A stretch of DNA of 64,000 bases from an uncultured Gemmatimonadales bacterium (GTDB taxonomy: Bacteria; Gemmatimonadota; Gemmatimonadetes; Gemmatimonadales; GWC2-71-9). Both the position numbers and the translations under genes were made by a program. Each line of letters begins with the position of its first letter. The stretch's first letter is position 1. The stretch is from contig CAWGSK010000012.1 of assembly GCA_963825055.1 (NCBI GenBank), positions 544,001-608,000 of the forward strand. The letters are read 5' to 3'. Positions 39,319 through 46,268 of the stretch are shown here, piece by piece. The notes beneath the pieces were generated by a model, which was given only the letters and a program-made list of their open reading frames with translations, was not told where the DNA came from and searched no databases.

Positions 39319-40928
39319 TGCCCCGCCCCCAGCGTCTCGAGGTTGGTGCGGGCCAGCTCGTGCCCGGGATTGATCGCCGTCGCCCGCTCCCAGCAATGTC
39401 GCGCCGTGTCGGGGTCACGCTGCCGGTACGCGATATTGCCGAGCTTGAAGTAGAGGTCGTCTCCCAGCTCGGGCGCGAGGCGCGCCGCCCGCTGGTACGC
39501 GTCGCGGGCTTCGTCATACCGTCCCGCGCGGTACAGCAGGTCGCCGAGGTTCTTGGTGATCTGCGGAAGGGTTGGGGCCTCCTCCAGCGCCTCACGGACG
39601 AGCGACTCGGCCTCGCCCACATCGCCCCGCAGCTCCAGCAGGACGGCGAGATTGTTCCGGAGGACCGGGTTCGAGGGCCATGCCGCGATCCCCTCGCGGC
39701 CGACTTCCACCGCCTCGTCCACGTCATCCTGCAGGGCGGCGGACATCATGGCTGCCCAGAACCACAACGGCGATGGTGTCGCGTCCCCCCAGGCCTCGCG
39801 CGCATCGGTGAGCCGGTCCCGGGCCTTCGCGGCATCGTCCCTCCGGAGCGCCAGGATGGCCCAGCCGGTCAGCGCGGCGGGGCCTGCGCCCAGGTCCACG
39901 GCCCTGGCATACGCCCCCTCAGCGTCTTCATCCTGTCCGAGGTGCTCGAGGGCGACACCGAGATTGTGGCACACGTCGGCCCGGTCGCCGCCCAGGTCCC
40001 GGGCGCGGGCGAGGGCGTGCACGGCGTCGCCCCAGCGGGACTCCCGCAGCGCAATCTGGCCGAGCTGCCGGGGCGCGTCAGGATCAGCTGGACGCAGTTC
40101 CTCCACCCGACGGTACTCGCGCTTCGCTTCCTCGAGCATGCCTGTCTTGTAGAAGGCGACTCCCAGGTTCCGGTGCTCCTCCACCCGGACATCCCGCGCC
40201 CGCGGTGCCGCCGTGGCGGTGGTGCCGGTCCGGTGCAGGAAGCCCGCGGTGAGGAGGCCGTAAAGGGCCTGCCCGACCTCGAACTCCACCAGGCCGGCGT
40301 CCTCGATGAGCTGGCGGATGTCACGGGTGCCGTCCAGCAGGGGCAGCAGCCGCTGCTGGTGCGGCGACAGGCTCACGTCGGAACGATCGACGTGGTCGCT
40401 GTCCAGGGTGAAGATGATGTCGAAGCTGGGGATTTTCTTCTCGATAATGCTCCACTCGTCCACCCGCCTGGCACCTTCGAGGAGGAGCGACTCGGGATTG
40501 ATCTGGACGAGGAAGTCCTGCTCGTCGGGCGTGATGCCCGCCTCAAAGTTGAACGTGCCGCTGTTCCAGGTGAACAGATAGTAGACCGCCTCCTCGATCT
40601 GGAGCCGGATATACGACTCCAGGTCGGCCCGTGAGATCGCGCCGTCATCAACCAGGATCTCCCCGAGTTTCCTGCCGCGGTCGGTCGCCTGGCGGGCCAT
40701 CGCCTGCTCCAGTTGCGACTGGCTGATCTGCCCGTTCTTGACGAGGATATCGCCCAGGCGGTCCCGGCGGTTTACGATGGACGCGTAGGTGATCCGGCCA
40801 CGCTCGAAGTAGATGTATCCGAAGTTGTGGCGGTCGGCAACGGCAAGACAGCCGGTCTTCCGTCCGAGCGCGAGCAACTGGAGGACGTCCGGGAGGCTCG
40901 CTTCCTTGAGACTGCCGCGGATCGCCAT
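39315..40928 (-). CDS. DUF4388 (PATAN-like) + tandem MshEN-like motif + TPR protein
   Basis: GSLKEASLPDVLQLL...KTG.L...IYFERGRI; RLGDILVKNG...Q and KLGEILVDDG...Q; WNSGTFNF, LLLEGARRVDEW; C-terminal TPRs. Confidence 0.85.
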   Translation of the reverse strand: MAIRGSLKEASLPDVLQLLALGRKTGCLAVADRHNFGYIYFERGRITYASIVNRRDRLGDILVKNGQISQSQLEQAMARQATDRGRKLGEILVDDGAISRADLESYIRLQIEEAVYYLFTWNSGTFNFEAGITPDEQDFLVQINPESLLLEGARRVDEWSIIEKKIPSFDIIFTLDSDHVDRSDVSLSPHQQRLLPLLDGTRDIRQLIEDAGLVEFEVGQALYGLLTAGFLHRTGTTATAAPRARDVRVEEHRNLGVAFYKTGMLEEAKREYRRVEELRPADPDAPRQLGQIALRESRWGDAVHALARARDLGGDRADVCHNLGVALEHLGQDEDAEGAYARAVDLGAGPAALTGWAILALRRDDAAKARDRLTDAREAWGDATPSPLWFWAAMMSAALQDDVDEAVEVGREGIAAWPSNPVLRNNLAVLLELRGDVGEAESLVREALEEAPTLPQITKNLGDLLYRAGRYDEARDAYQRAARLAPELGDDLYFKLGNIAYRQRDPDTARHCWERATAINPGHELARTNLETLGAGQ

Positions 40929-42898
40929 CAGGACAGTCCCTCGAGCAGGCGGTCCGCGGGCGTTGGCCAGTCCCAGATCATCTTCTCCCGATTCCGCACG
41001 ACACCGCGCCCGATGACCCCGCTCGTCCGCGAACCATTGCGCCGTGGGGGACGCGGCGCCGCGCCCTCGAGCACGTCGCGGGCGAACCCCGCCGAGAGGG
41101 TGGCGGACTGGGACTCCGCCTTACGGGCCAGGCGCTGGACGATCTCCTGGAGCGCACGCACACTGTCCACTGCGTGGCCCGCGAGGTACTGGACCAGCTC
41201 CGGGTCAGCGGCTTCACCATCGAGCATGTTCCGCACAATGGCCCGCCGGACTTCCGGGCCGGGCACGGGCAGCTCCGCCACGAGGCCACCTTCGAGCCGG
41301 CTGGCGAGGCGCGGGGCGAGACCCTCGAGTTCGCCGGGAGGCCGGTGCGAGGTGAACATCATCTGCCGCCCCTGCTCCTGCAGATGGTTGAACAACCAGA
41401 AGAGTTCCTCCTGGGTACGGTCGGTGCCGGCGAGCAGGTCAATATCGTCCAGGAGGAAGGCCGTGGCTCGGCGGTAGCGTTGCCGCCACCAGTCCACCCG
41501 GTCCTGGTCGATGGCCGCGATGAGTTCTTCCACGAACTCCCGCGCATTGAGGCACGCAACGACCGCATCGGCCTGGGCCGCCAGCAGGTTGCCCACCGCG
41601 TGCAGCAGGTGAGTCTTCCCGGTGCCGGGGGGGCCGACCAGTACCAGCGGGTTGTAGCGCTGGCCGGGGGAGTCAGCCACGGCCAGTGCGGCCCGCACGG
41701 CCACCCGGTTCGTCTCGCCCTCGGCAAAATCCTCCAGCTGCCAGTGGGGGGAGGGCGCCGGCAGCGGGGTAGCTCCTTCCCGCGCCGCGGCGACCAGTTT
41801 CTCGACCTCGGCCACGCGGTCCGGGTCGCGGAAGGCCGGGTCTCCGGCCACGGACGGGTCAATGGCCTCCGCCTCGGCGGCCAGCAATCGCAGCCGCTCG
41901 ATGTCGGTTTCGAACCGCTCGACTTCCTGCTCGACGTCCCGCTCGCCCGGGTCCTCGAACAGGTCGCGGAGCCGCGCCACGCGATAGCCCTCGCCCTCCC
42001 AGCGGGCGATCGCTTCCCCGAGACGCACGCGCCACTGCTCAAGCTGTCGCGCGACCGTGGTCGAGATCTCGCTCAGGAAGGAGCCGAACTCATCGTCCGA
42101 GGACGGCGTGAAGGCCGGCCCGTCTTCCCCGCCCTCCGGCGGCAATGCGTCGGCGTCCGCGGGAGGCTCCACCCCGGCACGATCGGTACGCAGGATCTCG
42201 CGGGCGCGGGCTTCGCCGAGCGGTTCCTGGTTGGCCATCTGCCAGGCGATGAGCCGGTTGAGCGCGCCGAGCAGTTCCCGGATGCTGGCGACGTCGAGCG
42301 TGGCGGCGGCCTCGATGACACCGGGGTCGAACGTGAGCCCGCGGCTCTCGGCGTGCCGGCGCAGGATGGCGACCCGGGTTTCGTAGTCCGGCGCGGCAAT
42401 ATCAATCACCAGTCCCCCGGCGAAGCGGCTGATGAGCCGCTCGTCCAGCGACTCGATTTCCGATGGGGGGCGGTCGCTCGTCAGCACAATCTGGTGGCCG
42501 GCGGTCTGCATGGCATTGACCAGCCGGAGCAGCTCGGCCTGCATCTCGCGACGCCGGGCCAGGAACTGCACGTCGTCGAGCAGGAGCAGGTCGAGTTCCG
42601 CGTAGCGGCGGCGGTAGGCATCGCCCTGCCCGGCCCCGACCGCGGCGTGGAACGCCTCGACGAAGTCATCGAGGGTCTGGTAGGCGATCCCGAGACCGGG
42701 CGCGATCGTCCGGGCGGCCTGCGCGATCGCCATCAGCAGGTGCGTCTTGCCGAGCCCGGGACCGCCATAGATGAAGAGGGGGTTATACACCACGCCGGGA
42801 CTCTCGCTCACCGCACGCGCGGCGGTGGCCGCAAGCCGGTTGGCCGCCCCGACCACGAAGGTCTCGAACCGGAATCGGTGATTCAGCTCGAGTGTCAT
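40928..42898 (-). CDS. Protein with two tandem DnaA/Hda-type AAA+ domains, lacking DnaA domains I/II and IV
   Basis: Domain 1: FETFVVGAAN, YNPLFIYGGPGLGKTHLL, LLLDDVQFL, TSDRPP, RLISRFAGGL, IRELLGAL. Domain 2: YNPLVLVGPPGTGKTHLL, LLDDIDLL, TQEELFWLFN, TSHRPP, RLASRLEGGL, VRALQ. Confidence 0.9.
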   Translation of the reverse strand: MTLELNHRFRFETFVVGAANRLAATAARAVSESPGVVYNPLFIYGGPGLGKTHLLMAIAQAARTIAPGLGIAYQTLDDFVEAFHAAVGAGQGDAYRRRYAELDLLLLDDVQFLARRREMQAELLRLVNAMQTAGHQIVLTSDRPPSEIESLDERLISRFAGGLVIDIAAPDYETRVAILRRHAESRGLTFDPGVIEAAATLDVASIRELLGALNRLIAWQMANQEPLGEARAREILRTDRAGVEPPADADALPPEGGEDGPAFTPSSDDEFGSFLSEISTTVARQLEQWRVRLGEAIARWEGEGYRVARLRDLFEDPGERDVEQEVERFETDIERLRLLAAEAEAIDPSVAGDPAFRDPDRVAEVEKLVAAAREGATPLPAPSPHWQLEDFAEGETNRVAVRAALAVADSPGQRYNPLVLVGPPGTGKTHLLHAVGNLLAAQADAVVACLNAREFVEELIAAIDQDRVDWWRQRYRRATAFLLDDIDLLAGTDRTQEELFWLFNHLQEQGRQMMFTSHRPPGELEGLAPRLASRLEGGLVAELPVPGPEVRRAIVRNMLDGEAADPELVQYLAGHAVDSVRALQEIVQRLARKAESQSATLSAGFARDVLEGAAPRPPRRNGSRTSGVIGRGVVRNREKMIWDWPTPADRLLEGLS

Positions 42899-43497
42899 CC
42901 GAGGTTCCCCCCGGCGGCAAGCCGCTGGAGCACGCCTTCGGAAATGCCGCGAAGTGTCTCGAAGACGCCTCCGCCGCGGAGCGCGTCGGCCGGGTAGCTC
43001 CGCACGTTGCGGAAGTTGAGGGCGTCATCCATCGCGGCGCGGTCCAGGACCAGGTCGCGCGGCAGGTCCTGCTTGTTGTACTGCAGGACGAGGGGAAAAT
43101 GACGGAGCTCGATGCCCTGCTGCAGCAGGTTGGCCTGCAGGTTCTGGAGGCTCTCCAGATTCTCGTCGAACCGACGGGCCTGACTGTCGGCGACGAAGAC
43201 GACGCCATCCGCGCCCTGAAGGACGAGCTGGCGGGTGGCATTGTAGTACACCTGTCCCGGCACGGTGTAGAGCTGGAATCGCGTGGAAAACCCGGAGATG
43301 GTCCCGAGGTCGAGCGGCAGGAAATCAAAGAAAAGCGTCCGGTCCGCCTGGGTGGCGAGCGACACCATGCGGCCTCGCCGCGCATCCGGCACGCGACCGT
43401 AAATGTACTGCAGGTTCGTGGTCTTCCCGGAGCGGCCCGGGCCGTAGTACACGATCTTGCAGGTGATTTCACGTGCGGTAAAGTTGACCAGCGACAT
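42895..43497 (-). CDS. mglA: MglA-family small Ras-like GTPase
   Basis: REITCKIVYYGPGRSGKTTNL, DRTLFFDFLP (intrinsic Arg finger), LYTVPGQVYY, DGVVFVADSQ, QYNKQDL. Confidence 0.95.
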   Translation of the reverse strand: MSLVNFTAREITCKIVYYGPGRSGKTTNLQYIYGRVPDARRGRMVSLATQADRTLFFDFLPLDLGTISGFSTRFQLYTVPGQVYYNATRQLVLQGADGVVFVADSQARRFDENLESLQNLQANLLQQGIELRHFPLVLQYNKQDLPRDLVLDRAAMDDALNFRNVRSYPADALRGGGVFETLRGISEGVLQRLAAGGNLG

Positions 43498-43500
43498 CGG

Positions 43501-43962
43501 CTAGCGTCCAAACAGCGAGCGGAGGCTCGCGTTGAGGTCACGTTCAAAGTCGGGCGCCAGGGCGGTCCGGCTGGCCGTCTCCGGCGGCGCGGCGGCCTCG
43601 AGCTGGGTGACCAGGTCGTCGAAAAAGATCTGGACGAGTCCCAGCGACGTCTCGTTGCCATAGACGACGAGCGCGATCCACCCACCCCCCGGCATCTCGA
43701 AGCGCGAGAGGAAATGGCCATGGGTGTGCCCCTGGTGCGCGACGCGCTCGAACGGTGGCCAGTCCATGATCCGCGCGAGTTCCTGGGCGGACGCCACGAT
43801 GCCCGCGCCCAGCGCCGCCGTTGACATCACGTCAATCGCGCGGGTAAACCCATGCTGCGCGATCACCTGGCCCGTCGTCGTCATAAGGAGGGCGACACGC
43901 GCGGAAGACTCCCGCAGGAACGCGTTGAGCGGGCCGGCCACCCAGGGTTCGACCGTGCGCAT
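43501..43962 (-). CDS. mglB: MglB-like Roadblock/LC7 protein
   Basis: GQVIAQHG..IDVMSTAALGAG, LARIM...F...HQG, VVYGNETSLGLV, C-terminal ...LRSLF helix; immediately upstream of mglA. Confidence 0.82.
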   Translation of the reverse strand: MRTVEPWVAGPLNAFLRESSARVALLMTTTGQVIAQHGFTRAIDVMSTAALGAGIVASAQELARIMDWPPFERVAHQGHTHGHFLSRFEMPGGGWIALVVYGNETSLGLVQIFFDDLVTQLEAAAPPETASRTALAPDFERDLNASLRSLFGR

Positions 43963-44312
43963 CAGGCCACCCGCTCCGCGGCGCGCGCCATCTCAAGCCT
44001 CACGCGCCCCGCGTTGGCATCCCGCTCACCGATGGCGACAATCACGATTTCCTCTCCCGCCGGCATGACGAACACGGCTCCTCCGGCGGCCTGCAGGTGC
44101 AGGAAGGCCGGTGCTCCGGCCGCCGCCACACGGGCGGCGGCCTCGAGCCGGGCCAGCAGGCTGGCCGCCAGTGCGGCCAGGGCCGGACCGCGGACATCCT
44201 CCATGACCGACTCGGCGATCACGATCCCGTCGCGCCGGCTCACCAGCATGGCGCCCTGGATCCCGCTGAGGCACACCAGCAGCTCGAGGGCTGCCTCGTG
44301 TTCGGCGATCAT
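43962..44312 (-). CDS. Stand-alone Roadblock/LC7 protein
   Basis: GIQGAMLVSRRDGIVIAE, ALAALAASL, ANAGRVRLEM; ATGA overlap with the upstream gene. Confidence 0.8.
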   Translation of the reverse strand: MIAEHEAALELLVCLSGIQGAMLVSRRDGIVIAESVMEDVRGPALAALAASLLARLEAAARVAAAGAPAFLHLQAAGGAVFVMPAGEEIVIVAIGERDANAGRVRLEMARAAERVA

Positions 44313-45127
44313 GGGCCCGACTCCAGCCATTCGCGGGCCGCCCGCGCCGCCCGCACCGCCGTCAGGGCTACCCGACCCATCGGTTGCGAGGCCTCGCGTG
44401 CCACAAGGAGGAGCGTGTCTTTCGTGGGGGAGACCAGGACGAAATTGGCCCGCTCCGTCTCCACAGCCAGGCTCTCCCATTCACCGAGCTCGAGCAGGCG
44501 CGCCGCGCGGGATGCCTCCCGCGACACCCCAGCCAGCTCCGCGGAGACCTCGTCACTTACGTCCACCCGCTCCGGAGTGCGCAGCCGGCCGTCAAGCCGC
44601 CGGCCGGCCGCATCCACGAGCAGGAGTCCGCTCGCCCCCCCTGGCAGAGTGGCAAACGCCGGACCGGGCTCCGGCGCCTGAAGCTCATCCGATGGGCCGT
44701 TGACGGGGGTGGTGACCGGAGGGCGAGCCATCGCCGCGCGCACCCGGCGCACGGCGGGCTCCAGCGAGGCATCGTCCGGCAGGGCGGTCCGGGCATACTC
44801 CAGATGCTCGAGTGCGCGGGGGAAGTCCTGCGCCGTGAAGTAGAGGAAGCCGATGCCCTTGTGGGCGCCCGGATGCGCAGGGTCGAGGCGGAGGGTGATG
44901 TCCCACTCGTCGAAGGCCCGCTCGAAGTCGCCCTGGTCGGCGAGGATCCGGGCGTAGAGATCGTGCGCCGCCGGGAGCTCGGCATAGCGACCCAGCCCCT
45001 GCAGGGCAACCTTCGCCGCGGCCTCCAGCCGGCCGTCACGGCGCAGTGCCTCGCCCAGCTCCAGGAAAACCAGGCTGGTCGGGTCGGCGGCCAGTTCCGC
45101 CGTCAGCGCGCGAATGTCGTCAGCCAC
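44309..45127 (-). CDS. TPR + C-terminal Roadblock/LC7-like protein
   Basis: DPTSLVFLELGEALRR and further TPRs, a Pro-rich linker, then GLLLVDAAGRRLDG...LGEWESLAVET...PMGRVAL. Confidence 0.78.
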   Translation of the reverse strand: MADDIRALTAELAADPTSLVFLELGEALRRDGRLEAAAKVALQGLGRYAELPAAHDLYARILADQGDFERAFDEWDITLRLDPAHPGAHKGIGFLYFTAQDFPRALEHLEYARTALPDDASLEPAVRRVRAAMARPPVTTPVNGPSDELQAPEPGPAFATLPGGASGLLLVDAAGRRLDGRLRTPERVDVSDEVSAELAGVSREASRAARLLELGEWESLAVETERANFVLVSPTKDTLLLVAREASQPMGRVALTAVRAARAAREWLESGP

Positions 45128-46265
45128 TCAAGCCTCGCAAGACATGCTCCAGAGTCCCGGCCGCGTCACGGGCGGCCCGAACCGATTCGTCGTGTCCCAT
45201 TTCCTCAGGTCCGCGGGCACCAAGCCATTGCTCCCAGTGCTCCCGCGCCAAATGGAACCGTCCCAGTTGTGCCGCGGCGGTTCCCGCGTGGCGGTGTGCC
45301 GCCGCCAGCCCCGGGTCGAGCTGCAGCGCGCGCTCGGATGCACCCAGGGCATCCGCCGAGCGTCCCGCCGCGAGGAGGACCCGGGCCAGCACCAGATGCG
45401 CGAGGGGCTGTTCCGGATGCACGACGGCGGCGTCCCCGGCCGCGACCAGCGCAGCCTCGACCCGCCCGGCGGCAAGGTCGTCCTCCGCGCGTGCGATGGC
45501 CATGGCCAGCCCGCCCTCTCTCCCGATCTCAGCGGCCGGAGGCACCGCCGTGTCCTCAAGGAGGATAATGCCCGCCGTGGCCAGGCCGAAGAGCGTCTTC
45601 GCGACCTCGAACTCGGAGCGGTTGAGCGTGATGGACAGGTCATGGACGTTACGGCTGCCGTCAATGGAGGCGAGCACCTCCCACTCGAACGGCATGAGGT
45701 CCAGCGGCCCCGCGTCGGTTCCCACGGGCGCCAGCCGGGCGACGATGCCCAGATGCGGAATGCGGGTCTCGATGCGTGACCACTCGTCGATCCGCCGGGC
45801 GGCTTCCATCACGAGGGCCTCAGTCGGGATGCGGACGGCCGCTTCCATCGACATGCGGGTGGGATCGCCCTCCTCGAAGGAGAAATATCCCTCCGACCAT
45901 CCGAGGAGCTCGAACACGACCTCCTCGGTCTGCCGTCGGATAATCCGGTCCACCTCGCGGCGGCTGATCGACCCGGCCTCGACCAGGAGATCGCCGAGCC
46001 GGCGCGTGTCGCCGGCCTCCTGCAGGGCGCGCACGCGCGACAGTTCCTCCTCGGACACCTTGCCGGCTTTCAGCAGGAGACCGCCCAGCGGGTGTGGGTT
46101 GGTCCGGATCTCAGCCCCGATCACCGCGCCGCTCTCGAAATACACCGTGCCCGCGTTCTGTCGCAGCGCCGAGCGCACGCGGAGCACACCGGTCTTCCGG
46201 CTCAGGTCGAGGAGCTGGAAGACATCGTGAATGCCCAGCTCGCGGAGGGGGCCCTCGATCGCCAT
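45120..46265 (-). CDS. DUF4388 (PATAN-like) + MshEN-like motif + TPR protein (paralog of 39315-40928)
   Basis: GPLRELGIHDVFQLL..SRKTGVL, VYFESG, RLGDLLVEAGSI...Q, WSEGYFSF, LVMEAARRIDEW, C-terminal TPRs. Confidence 0.85.
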   Translation of the reverse strand: MAIEGPLRELGIHDVFQLLDLSRKTGVLRVRSALRQNAGTVYFESGAVIGAEIRTNPHPLGGLLLKAGKVSEEELSRVRALQEAGDTRRLGDLLVEAGSISRREVDRIIRRQTEEVVFELLGWSEGYFSFEEGDPTRMSMEAAVRIPTEALVMEAARRIDEWSRIETRIPHLGIVARLAPVGTDAGPLDLMPFEWEVLASIDGSRNVHDLSITLNRSEFEVAKTLFGLATAGIILLEDTAVPPAAEIGREGGLAMAIARAEDDLAAGRVEAALVAAGDAAVVHPEQPLAHLVLARVLLAAGRSADALGASERALQLDPGLAAAHRHAGTAAAQLGRFHLAREHWEQWLGARGPEEMGHDESVRAARDAAGTLEHVLRGLSG

Positions 46266-46268
46266 GGG

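Noticed and set aside
40928..42898. Annotation as the chromosomal replication initiator dnaA, or a nearby oriC
   Set aside because: No domain I or IV, no dnaN/gyrB context, no intergenic space, and no DnaA-box cluster noticed
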